Shown here: piece by piece, positions 1 through 14,267 of the stretch
Layout: each line of letters begins with the position of its first letter
Numbering within the stretch: position 1 is the first letter of the stretch
NCBI GenBank assembly: GCA_009602725.1
Contig: WELB01000026.1
Location: forward strand, 987,198 to 1,037,368
DNA length: 50,171 nt
From: Spirogloea muscicola
Lineage: Eukaryota
Direction of reading: 5' to 3'
The notes under the pieces: generated by a model
What the model saw: the letters and a program-made list of their open reading frames with translations, nothing else
Told to the model about the DNA's origin: nothing
Database searches by the model: none
Translations under genes and position numbers: made by a program

Positions 1-1505
1 GAGCAGGAGCTGCGCGAGGCCGCCGAGCGGCTGGCCCGCGAGAGCGCGGAGGCGGAGGCGGCGCGGCGGCGGCTGGCCGAGTACGAGAGCCACCTGGTGC
101 AGCGCGAGCAGGACTTCCACGCGCAGCTGCGCGCGCGGTCCGACGCTCGCCTGGCGGTCATCCAAGCGCAGGACCATGACTACTTTGACGAGGCCAACTT
201 CTACAGGTCAGCCAGCCTGTTGGCGCTGCCAACCATGTGCTGAATTCTACTTGAGAAGCTGTGCTCTGGGTTGGTGCAGCTAGTGACTCTATTGACAAAG
301 CACCAAAGCTGCGTGTCAGCGACTGCCAATGCTGGCGGCACTTGCGGGCTTGATTGGTTCATGTCATACCTGCCACTGCCGAGGCGCCAGATAGTCTCAA
401 TGCCTGACCTGCAAAGTCTATCCTTCTTAGTAAGAGGACTCTTCTTTGTTGTTAAGCTTCTTTCCTCCCCTTGCCCTCTTCCTTTGCCCGACGTACCTGA
501 TCCATCTGAATACAACCCCTTGCACAGATGGATCAACCTACGGTGTGGCATGGATGGTGAGACAGTGTACTGGTACAGCACCGGCGACATCTACTCGCAC
601 CCCGAGGGAAAGCTGCTGGTCAAGGTGGAGGGCTTTGACGCTACGCGCGCTGTCGTGGCGGGCCCCACTCTCGTGCACCAGCTATCCCGCAAGGTCTTCA
701 TATTTCGGGACAAGGACAGTGGAGAGGTGCTGAGTCAGTACAATGATACATCAGTGTCCCCCATCAAGTACGCATACCAGCACACAACTTACCGACTCGA
801 CAACAACCGCCTCCTGACAGAGGTACGAGACGGCTGCGCTGCCATCTGGCCGCTGCAACAGTCCTGTCTCCTCTCTCAGCAGCCATCAGATGGGATGTGC
901 GTCATGGCTATGGCTGGACGATGCTGAAGCCCTTCACTTGACGATGGTGTGCACGCAGGTGACGGGTGGAGAGGGTGAGCCGCTGCAGACTCTGCGTGGC
1001 AATGTGGTGAGCCTGAAGCACCTGCAGAGCACCACGAGCATGGTTTTCACCTGCCCTGTGTTCCTTAACTTCAAAACACCTCAAGGTGGGCAGAGCGAGC
1101 TCAAGCCCATGGTTGGCTGCACCCTTGTCTCTAAATTCTGCGGGCTGCTGGCGGAGGCTGTGCAGCAGCTTCAATGTGCTTGTGCGGGGTGCACGCCAGG
1201 CGCAAGACGTCCATGGTCCTCACATGCAGGCCACATCGTTTTGCATAGGTGAGTACCTTGTCTATGAGAATCACGACTACTTCATGGACAAGGTGGAAGA
1301 GGAGGAGGTGAGCACACACTGCTCCACGGTGCGCGTGGGCCACACGCCACCATTTGCTGAGAGCGCAGTCATGCACCTTGTGGGCTGGCGGGCCGACACC
1401 TTCGCGATGCTACCCCCGTCCATCCAGGACTATATTGCTGCTGAGGAGCCCATGTGGAAAGAGGCGCCCGTGGACATTGACGATGTCAAGCAGCTCCAGC
1501 AGTGA
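1..1505 (+). CDS. DUF1838-like protein, spliced, 5'-partial
   Basis: Exons at about 1-206 (EQELREAAERL...YFDEANFYR, donor AG|GTCAG), 528-822 (WINLRCGMDGETVYWYSTGDIYSHPEGKLLVKVEGF...QLSRKVFIFRDKDSGEVL), 959-1085 and 1249-1505 (YENHDYF...PSIQDYIAAEEPMWKEAP, stop TGA). The 'YWY..G.IYS..EG..L..VEG' and 'SR...F.D..SGEVL' pattern recalls DUF1838. Confidence 0.7.
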
Positions 1506-2185
1506 GATGCCATTTGCTTGAGGCAGACCGAGCCAGGCTGCCCTTAACAAGCTTAAAACTTTCAGAAATGTTTTCTATTGCTCTCCTTGCACATAGCTCA
1601 TTTTCTTCAGTGTCGGCAACCCCTTACCTTGCAATTACTTAGAAGGGCATTCGTCATGTCCTTTCAAGCAGCTAAGCGTGCCTTGCAAGAAGTTGCACAC
1701 AGGTAAAATCGTCACATCAAGCAGAGTCTGTGCGAGCCCGCCCTTTTCTCTCTCTTAGCTGACAAAGGCCACCCAACTCCGATGGCCTACTCCAAAATAT
1801 CTGCCCTTTACCGAGGGTCAGAGAGCTGGCTGTATACAGCCAGCCCGTAAGTATAAGGTCCAAAGGGGCGAATGACGCCAAAAGCACACAGCCATGCAAG
1901 AGCCTTTCTTCTTTTTGGGCTGGCCATTCACAGCCCCCGCCCCTATTGGAAGAGCTCACTTCTTTTCTATGCAAAAGACTACGCAAGAAAATAAGAAAGA
2001 TTCTTTCTTGTTTCAAGAAAAAATAAATACTTTCCGAGGTCGATAATCTGGACAAGCGACCCGGCGGGGATGAAGCTAGGCGGCTCACCTTCTGTCCTTG
2101 CCGACGGTTGATGGCCAGCCGTGCAAGCCGCAGCAGGAGATCTAGATACTGACAATTAAAAGCCCCGTGACGATCATCTCCAGCA

Positions 2186-2525
2186 TCACATACTCATTGC
2201 CGGCAGGGTGATCCGCACACTTGCGCTCTTGATCGTCAATAGCCTCGCCAACCGCGTGCGACTGTCTCTGCCGCCGACTTGGTGGAGTTGGCGGAGTCGA
2301 CGGAGTCCGGTAGTCACGACGTCCACAATGATGTGGAGACCCCCCCTCCTGGTCAGTGCGCCAGGTATGGAGACGACCGTCTCCTCCCCAATCACAAACG
2401 CCCCACAGGCTGTGCTCCCACAGCACCGTCTCCAACTTGTATCTCCATCTGCGCCAGTCCTCGCCGCCAAACTTGTCGATGCTGACAAACTAGTCCTCTG
2501 GTATGAAGATGGTATCTCTTGACAT
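2186..2525 (-). mobile_element. Decayed Ty1/copia gag N-terminal fragment
   Basis: Minus strand reads MSRDTIFIPED*FVSIDKFGGEDWRRWRYKLETVLWEHSLWG, then after a frameshift FVIGEETVV. This fits the copia gag N-terminal pattern (I.KF.G.N/D...W...M/L...L....LW..V.G). It has an in-frame TAG and a frameshift, and no pol is seen. Confidence 0.6.
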
Positions 2526-2874
2526 GACTGCCGAACTGAGAACCTTCCAGGTGGCTGTTATGTGAACAGCCTGAAGCACATCCACGGGTTTGAGACCGTA
2601 GTCGTCTTCCTTATGTGTCAGACAAATACAAGCTGATACTCCTGAAGTCCTCAACCCTGAGGCCGTGGCTGACGCTGCCTCTGACGCTGACGCTGAAGGG
2701 CTTCTCGTGCCTGAGTTGCTTTTCCAGCTGCTGATCACCCCCGGCACTCCTGCGGCGCCGAGAGCCGCGCCGCCTTTGCGCGGCAGGCGCGGCGCGGCGC
2801 TCGCCGCGCCGCACCGCCGCTGCCGCCGCCGCTTCTGCCGTGGCTGCCGCAAGTCGGCGGCGGCGCCCGGAGGC

Positions 2875-5800
2875 ATGGCGGCCGCCGCGGCGGCGTCCCT
2901 GCCGGACGTGGCCCCCGCGGTCAAGGCGTTCCTCAACAGCCATTTCCCTTCCGGGCCGGCCGCCGGGCGCGACGTACCGGCCTTCCTCGCCACGCTACGC
3001 GCCGAGGAGGCACACTTGCACCGGCAGGCGAGAGCTCGCGCTGCCCTGGCCACGTTCACCTTCTTGCGTAGAATCCGCCAAAGCCTGGCTTCGGGAGCCC
3101 TTCTCCATCCTGGCACGGTCGTCGATAGCTCCGGGGTGACCGCATGACAAGGCCGAGACTGCTTCTGAGGGACCGAGAGGCGCCTGTGTCCCCTGCTCGC
3201 GATGGTGGCCTCCTTGCTGCGCCACTGCCAGCAAGCCGAGGCCGGCAGAGCGCCCCTTGTCCCTGTGTCGATGACTCCGCACCTCATCATTTGCTTGTCG
3301 CACGGGACATCCTGACATGCAAGCAAGTCGCAGTCACATGACCAATTCTGGCGCTGAGCCATAGTTGCCTGCTTTTGGCCCTTTCCCTCCTGCAGGATGT
3401 TGCTGCTAAGGAGGCCCTTGTCTGGCAAGCCGTCAAGGCCACCGAGGATTTTCAGACAGGCCTCCAGGTCCTTCTTCCTGCTTATGTCCGGATACTACTG
3501 TTCTCTTGCCGTCACAGCACGTGCGCCCTGTAAACTCTTGCTTTTATCTTCGCACTTCTGATTAACAGACCCTGCTGTGTATCTGCACATGCAGGCATTG
3601 CTTGCACTCTGCACTCGTCTAGACGCTCTCAAGGGCCAGACTGCTATTGTCACACAGACGGCAAAGGTATTCATAACTCTCTGTCCTGAGCATATTGGTA
3701 AAATCGGCCTGCAGCTTGTATTAGTTCCACAAATACGTCATTGCGAGCTGGTCGTGTACAATCATGCCCGTAGTAGCAGCTTCTTGTAGCTAGTCATTAG
3801 CATGAGCCTGCTAGTATGCAGCCAGTCTTGAAGGAGCTGGAAGAAGTTGCCACTGAGGTCATGGCCTTAGGGAGGGTGCAAGAGTACGTGGAAAGCTTGT
3901 TGCACCTCGAGCAAGTAAATGCCGGACTGGAGGCTTCTGTAGCTGGTGAGTGGGGAATGTGACGCCGACTCGCTGGCCAGGCACTGCTTAGTTGGGTCGT
4001 GTCTTCTGAGCTCAGTACTAGTCTTTGGTCTATAAGTCAACAAGCGAAAGCACTAGCGAATTGCAGCTGGATTGAAGGCATTGCTATCCATACTGGCTTG
4101 GCATCTGTCCACATATCTGCAGTGTTTGGACTCTGTGCAAGGTCAAGGGCACTTTGGAGGCTTGTTAAGTGTCAAACATGAGCATGTGTTGCAGCACTTG
4201 CAAGTATGCCTGGAATAAGAGCTGGCGCACAAGTAGCCTCTATCACTTCAGCAGATGCGAGCAAGGTACACTGACTCTCCTAATGACAGTTGCCGCACCT
4301 TGAGGACGTGTTATGAGCTTATAAGATGACCAGCCTCTCCAACATCTGGAAGCAATATAATCGGTCTCATTGGAAGGCACCTGCTTGCTCCATAGCATCT
4401 TTCATAGCTATCAGCATGGCTGTGATACTCCATGTGCAGCTGGCTGTGGCAGTCGATCAGTTTCAAGTTGCTGCAAAAGCCACTGCATCAATCACGTCTA
4501 AGAGACCATCTTGGAGCAATCTCGTAGCTAATACAAACGTCAGGATTGACAATAGCGGAGCAAAACTTCGTCCAGCAGCACTGAAAGGTAGACCGAAATC
4601 CAGCTCTATCCCTACTCATCTCTGCTGAAAGTAAGAGAGGATGCCTTGCCAGCAACAAGTCCTCGTTGGTGCTGCTACTGTTCATTTTACCTGGCTTGGA
4701 CAAGAATGTCATGCAGAACCTCTCCTCTTCACAGTCTTTTGATGGTTAGCAGAAGTACAGGTCATTATAAAGGAAGAGAGCTGCTGACGGTGGATATGCT
4801 TTCTTGCAGAATTGGACTCCTGCTTGAAGGCGTCTGGGTGGCCACCAACCTTGTCGGATAGTGCCAGCAAGAGTGCTATCCATCCATTTCTCAAGCTCCC
4901 TGATAGTGCAAGGGCAAGGTTGGAGACGAGTTTCGTGAATGTCTGTGTGCTCGAAGAGTTGCACTCACATCGGCGGGGAACACTGCCATCTGAAGGCATG
5001 TGCTTGAGGAGCAGCACCAATTCTTGTTGGCAGCAGTTGAGAGACTTGTCTTTTCTGGAGTATAGTGGTGCAGAAGAAGTAATCTTATCTGTTGAGTCAC
5101 TTACATGCAAGATCTTGCTCACGCAATTCCAGTGGTGGCCAGGGGCCCAGCGATCAGGAAACCTTATGTGGTGCATGGAAGCGATGGCAAGACCACTTGG
5201 CAAATCTGCGGAACACCACTTCTCTCAGTGGTTGCAGCAACCCGAATTTGTGTTTGCACTGGCCTTCAAGTACGTATGCAAGCATTCTAGAAAGGCTGCA
5301 TGAAGCACCAACCGTCACTATGCTTTCCAACATAAGCATGTGCATGCTGCAGTAAAGGGGCGCTAAGCTGACGAGTTTGCGATCACTGAAAAGGGGTTGC
5401 ACGGCCACGCCTGACTTCCTTGTCTCTTCTCAGGCTTGCAAGAGAACACGCCAAGGTGTTGGAGGACGTGCTCCAGCGAGGTCTCGATTCGGCTGATGTG
5501 CGGAGGAGCGTGTGGGAGGAGTGGACAAAAGCTGTAGCCGGACTGGCTGCCAACCACTTGCGAAACACAGCTCTGCCTCTGCTTGCCAAGATGTTGGAAG
5601 CGGATGAAAGTAGCATAGCTGCTGCAGCAGGGCCATCTCCCGCTGCTACCTGGCTTCACACAGTGGATCACACCCTAAGATTTGACCGCAGCATGGCAGC
5701 TTTTGGAGACCTTACAGCAAGAGAAACTTCTGCAGAGGTCCAAGAGGGTGGTGCCAACCCCAGGTGGGAAGGGAACGCGCTCGATGTATTTGCAGAGCGG

Positions 5801-7961
5801 AAGGAATGGTTACAGATCTGGACTCGTCTAGAGCTTGAGGATGCGCTCCAGAAGCTCATCAAGGTGCTCGGGAACGAGGAATCCTGGCAGCTGGCAGACA
5901 CTTTGCTAGGTGCTGAGGAGCTCGCCAAGGAGGCAGGCAGAAGCGCAGTGGAGTTCAAGCCGCCAGTTGGTGCACACAGCCTTGTCTCGCTGATGCGGGC
6001 CACTACCAACCGATGTGCCACCCTCTCCAGCCGCGAGAAGGTGACCACCCCAATAAGCGTTACTATAAGGCACTGATGCCACGGACCACTGCAGGTTGTG
6101 CTCTGCATTTGTTGCACTTGTCCTCGCTTATAGGCCCTCCATGCAACCTCTGCACATGTTTCATGGGGGCTTTGGTGGCTTATGTTGACTACACTCTTCT
6201 ATCGTGACGTGCGGAACTTCTGAAGCTTCTTCATCCTTTTCTCTCTCAGAGGCTGGCATTTGTGAGGGACAGCGTTGCTCCATTGGCAGACAGATACTTG
6301 CAGGAACTTCTGGTGCAGAGCCAGGAAGCTGAGGGGCTAACAGCGTTAGCGACCAATCACGGTCTTTACAAGGTAGCCACCCACAGTACGAATTCAAAGC
6401 TTAACTTCTAGCATGAGGTCATGCTAAAAGTTATTATGGTCGAGACGGAAAGCTTGCAATCGATGTAGGACACATAAGAGTCTTCGTCTTTGAATGTAAG
6501 GAAAGTCATTTGATTGTGAGCATGCCAGTCATGTCACGTGCTCTGACCCGCGCGTTTCAATGATACAGGTGGCTCGATGCCTAAATGCAGCTCGATATGT
6601 TGCAGAATACTTGCAAGGTGCATCTACGTGCCAAGCTGATGGCTTGTCAGCAGTTGATGTATTGCGAGTAACATCTAGCTGAAGCATCATTGACTTTCTT
6701 AAAGCCCATAAAGTGCTGCAATCCTGCCCGTCTAGCAGTAGTGGTAAGGAGTTGGTGAAGGACTTAGACACTTCTGGACTTTGTTGCTGCAGAATGGAGT
6801 GAAGAGGTGCCCATGGCAGAGCTACTGCATTCCTTTGCAGATGATGGACAGGAAGGTGATGCTCCGTCTGATTCGGATGAGAAATCCGTCTTTCAGGAGG
6901 AGCTTGAAGACCTCATGTCATTTGCTGATGTGAGCTGTCTTTCACTTCCGCTGTCTCCTTATGCTGTACATATACTTGATGGCCTGCATTGACTAAGTGA
7001 ACTGTTACTGACAACATCAAATATGCCATCACCCTCACTTTGTACCATCTCATTAATCTGTTACCTCAGATGCAATGTGAGAGGCAGAAAAATATATTGC
7101 TGGCTGGTTTCCAACGCCGCTAGATGAGGAAACTAAGGGAAGAATCAGAAAGTTTTAGGTGATTAAGAATCTTGAGTGTTTGCTGCAGGAATGGACAGGG
7201 AAGATTGTATCAGCCATAATCAGAGCGTTTGGAGCTAGGTGCACAGAATATGTGCAAGATAAGAAGAGATGGCGGGAGGAGAACACCGCTCAATCTCTAC
7301 AAAGGTGGGCATGCTTACGCTGCTCCAGACAATTTTTGTTATGCACAGTACGTCTTGCAAATGTTTATGGGCTTGGTGTGCATTCTTCAAGTTCGTATCT
7401 GACCTGAGTTTCCTTAAAGAATAGCTGACATCTGCAGCTTCATTGAGCAGGTCAGCTGAAGGGCCTCTCCTTCCTTCCCAAAGGCTGTTGGAGGCAGTGC
7501 TGGAGATGGAGGGAAAGCTGGATGCCCTCAGCAGGGTGATGGACGAGTTCATCTTTGTGGATACATGGAGGAGGATTGCGGCAGGGCTGGATCAGTACCT
7601 GATGAATAAACTGGTCCTTGGTGGGGCTAGCTTCAGTGAGCTGGGGGCAAAGCAAGTCATTGCAGATGCGGAAGTCTTGTTCTCTGTGTTTCAAAAATTC
7701 ACGGCCAAACCTGCCAGCTTCTTCAGAAACCTGCGGGACACATGCAACCTCTTGAGGCTTCCTACAGAGGAAGCCTCAGCTGCCCTCCTCATGATAACCT
7801 CTGCTGAAGACCTGCCCCAGCATAGCAATCCTTCAGATGCCCTATTGGCAGAGGTGGGCCACAACGTAGTTCGCATGCTTAAAGAGCATGGTGTCACCAG
7901 AATGCTACCTTCGATGGCAGGTGACATTTTGAAGCGCAGGCTTGACCTGAGCAGAAGATAG
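2875..7961 (+). CDS. RINT1/TIP20 family ER-Golgi tethering protein (MAG2-like), multi-exon
   Basis: ATG at 2875 in a GC island. Exons include KEALVWQAVK, ELEEVATEVMALGRVQEYVE, LKASGWPP, WCMEAMARPL..HFSQWLQQPEFVF, FAERKEWLQIWTRLE and DTWRRIAAGLDQYL...FSELGAKQVIADAEVLFSVF. TAG ends at 7961. Confidence 0.85.
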
Positions 7962-9222
7962 CTACCGCATTTTGGTACTGCCATAAAACGACTCTAAGCG
8001 CATGGATATGTTACGGGACTCGATGATACAGGCAGACCTGAGCAGCCAATTAGCGTCTTGCCAATCTGGTCACTGAAATCTTTGGCTAACAAGTAGCATG
8101 GGGGTCCGCTAGCATAGTCAGGGAGGCGCAAGCTGACAATAAGCGATTATTGTGAGGTAAAATCAATTCTCAAACTCCACCTCACTCATTGCCCAGAGAA
8201 TGAGGGCAGATGATCCTTGTGAGGGTTGGCTACAACTTTTTGCCTGGGCCATGGGGCCGTGCTGAGGCCAAGAGCGTCCCATGTGCCTGCAGAAAGCTCC
8301 AGGTTGTCAGCCCGGACATGTGTAGCAGCTCGGTCGTTCATAGCTTTTGAAGCTGGCTACCCACTTTCAATTGCGCAGAGGACTTCTTCTCCTTGTTTAT
8401 CCTCTGCACTTCCACTTTAGCATATGCCCTGAAGTCGGACAGCCCGTGCAGCTAGCCTGCCGAGCACAAAATCTTGAGTATTGTGCTCGGGCTTGGCAAT
8501 CCTCACTCCCCTTGTTTATGCCTTGGGCTCTCACAGCCATTGCCTTACTCTGGAAGAGCTATTATACTACTATCAGTCCTTTGTTGAAGCTTCGTTGCAG
8601 CGCTTGGCTGGGCCTTCACAGCCGCTCTTTCATGTTGATCGATATTGCTTTGTCAACACGGAATTATTGAAAACGCAAAGCGAAAAGCGCTGAAAGACAT
8701 TACTAAGCAAGGACCGTGTAGGACAGTCAAATAGTAACCTATAGTTAGGAGCCGCAAGTCAGAAAGATTAGCCGCCGGAAAGCAATCCCCTTGACGAAAA
8801 CTAGAGGCTGCAGCAGGAGCACGGCCAGCACGCAGATGCAAGGCGTGGACCATGGAATTGCATGGACAGGTGCATGCGAAGTACCTGCGCTGGCGAGCCA
8901 GCGGCGTTGAAGCCAGCTTGCTCGGCCACATGTGTTGAAGAGAATGAACATAGCTGGGGTGGGTGCCGCCGGGCGGCGATCTTTAGATCAGCCGCAACCT
9001 TCTTGTCTGGGGCGGCCGGTACACCTCGCCCCGTTCGAGCAGGGGCGGAGTCCGGCCGGAGGGTCGTCGGGGGTGCGGGTCCGTGGCCCGCCGTTGGAGC
9101 GCAGAAGGCGCGGGCCCGTTCCCAGCTCGGCCGGGGACGCTCCAGCGACCTCGTTGGCCCGGCTTCACCGCGCACACCCCTGACCGCCGGCTGCCCTGGC
9201 CGCCCCCCCGCCCCCCGCCGCC

Positions 9223-11901
<2,679 letters not shown>

Positions 11902-12585
11902 ATTTGCTTGACATTTGCTAATTCAGATTGCTGGCACTAGGACAGCATGCACTTTCCTGTCCCCAGCTGATTACCTTCTCTAGCGAGATTTACGTAGACA
12001 TTTTTGGAGTATTTTATCATCCCAACTGGAATATGAGGCGTGTCTAATGTGAGACTAGCTTCTGAGGCTGCCCCTTACGTTCCAGCAAATGATTTTGCAG
12101 GCTTCAAGGCGTTCCTAAGATCAGATCCTGAGGTGCTCAAGTATGCAATGTAAGGGGAATTCATGGTGGTGTGCTACTTTGTAAGTGTGTTAGTGTGTCC
12201 AAGTTTTCAAGCTGCAAACATTGTGAACATCAAGTCTGACAAGACAATCTAGTGCAGATTACTAAATTGCCCTAAGGTGAGGTTCTCGTGCCTATATTTC
12301 TTGTTCCCAAGTCGCACATCCAGAGACCACTGAGAGCAAGATGAGAAGTTCCTAGCAGAGCAACATCAGGTTGCAGAATAATCACATCACAACTCACAAA
12401 GACATTCTTATCATATTAAATGACAAATTTCAGTGGAGCGACCTGGGCTTCCAAACTCCAATGGAATGCTGCCCTGTCTGTACAGACCCAAAAGTGAAAG
12501 CACCTCTTGACATGTATGAAGAAGCGCTCCTTGTCTCATGCCAGTCAAGTACTGAATGAGTGTTCAAGTAATGCAAGGGGGACAA

Positions 12586-14096
12586 TCAGGCTGCTTTCAT
12601 GTCATCCAAGTCCACGCTCCTCTGCAAAGGCGGGAGTGTCCTCATCAGCACCACCCTAAGTTGGAGAGCTAGAGCCCCACTTCAAAGTTGGTTGCTCAGC
12701 TGCTAAGCATCGCTGCGCCTTGCAACTTGAAGCATTTTCTGCTGTTTAGTGTACTATTTAAGGTTAGTGACATGGTGAATTAGCTCAGTGCTTGCGGTCC
12801 ATCAATTTGCCTCGTACCAGGAAGTCATGGTTTTCAAGCAGCAAAGGCGAGAAGTCCTTGACGAATTCGTCCATGTCCTTTTCAAGGGGTCCACCTCCAA
12901 GTTTGTCCATGAATGTCTCCCTGCTTGGTATCAGTTGCAATGCCACCTACATCAAAGGAGGTGACAAGTGACTAGAATAATAGTCTGGCGAAGTGAGGAC
13001 ACAGCTTCATGTCAATAGTAAACAGATATAGCAAGCAGATCTTGGTTGCATGAGCTTCGGCTTGAAAGGACGTACAACCGCTGGCAGCTTAACAGGTAGT
13101 GCACTTGGTAGTCTCGTTGTGGCTTACAGTAAATGCTGCTTGTGCTATCCATCCGTGATACTGCTTAAGTGTCTCTGCATACGCTTCCCGTGCTACTTGT
13201 GCCATTGACCACTCTTGGTGTGCTCTCAGCTCACGCAGAAGAGCAACCAAGAAGTCCATCGCTCTGGTCCAAGGAACATGAATGTCAACACTCTGGGGAC
13301 CCTGACTGTGCAGCAGGCCTCTCATGATGTATCGTGTCTTATGAGGCAGGCGACCTTAAAACATGGCCCAGCACGTCTGCATAGATATAGGACTTTGGTC
13401 CTGAGGAAGAGGCGCAAGCTAGCCAAGCTCCAGCCTAAGCAGCTTCACCTAGTCAACCAGAGCAATCCATTGCTATTGCTGGATGATCCGCGAGCTGTGC
13501 CTTGGGCGACCTCTGCCTTGACGATGTCATAGAGCAGCTCGTATGTCGCCGGGTTCGACGCGTAGGCCTTCTCGAGCCGCTGCAATACATGAGATTGCCA
13601 ACTCAGGCAACAGCAAGGTGCCGCACTCAGCTTTAAGGGCCAATGGAGCCAATGTAGCTTCATGAGAATCAGCTGTAAGATAGTCTGCTACTTAAGTGAC
13701 ACTTTGAATCGAATTCGTTGTCGCGGGAGCGCAAACCTCGATGTTCCCGCCAATGTCGCCCTTGACCATGACAAGCGCGGAGCCGAACTTGTCTGTCACA
13801 AAGCAACTAGCGAGGATGTCTAAGGTTGAGAGCTGGAGCCTTTGCTCCGAATGCACGCAATGCGGACCGTGGAGAAGAGTCAGAGTAGTGAGCACGGCCG
13901 AACTTGGCCGCTGAGACACGGAGGGGCCCTGGAGGGGGCCTGGACGGGGCGCCGGACCGATGACTGGCAGGACGAGGCGGCAGAGCTTGAGGAAGGGGTC
14001 GGTGAGGAGCTGGCCGTCGGCGGCGCGCGAGCAGGGGATGGCGTCCAGCGCCGGCGCGAAGATGGACGGCCCGCCACGGCCGCCCAGGGCGGCCAT
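12586..14096 (-). CDS. GLTP: Glycolipid transfer protein (plant GLTP1-like)
   Basis: Spliced model: MAALGGRGGPSIFAPALD...FLKLCRLVLPVIDKFGSALVMVKGDIGGNIERLEKAY...NGLLWLTRAMDFLVALL...AYAETLKQYHGWIAQAAFTVALQLIPSRETF...ENHDFL, then last exon RSVDLDDMKAA* (12621-12586). Confidence 0.93.
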
Positions 14097-14233
14097 GGCG
14101 GCCGGGAGGCGACGCCGGCGGCTGGCTCCTGTTGACTCTCAAGCGGCTGCTGATATTAAAAGAGCGGCTGTGAAAGCCAGCCAGATGCATACAGGTGTTC
14201 ATGACGGAGCCACAGGCTAGACAGCCAGGGCGC

Positions 14234-14267
14234 TCTTAGTAACCCCGTGTCTTAGTAACCCCGTGTC
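14234..14267 (-). repeat. 16-bp tandem duplication (GACACGGGGTTACTAA x2) at the element 3' end
   Basis: Plus strand reads tcttagtaaccccgtg-tcttagtaaccccgtg-tc. The first copy on the minus strand contains the ORF stop TAA. Confidence 0.95.

Noticed and set aside
8460..8490. 10-bp hairpin CCGAGCACAA/TTGTGCTCGG
   Set aside because: It is isolated, has no element context, and is plausible by chance.
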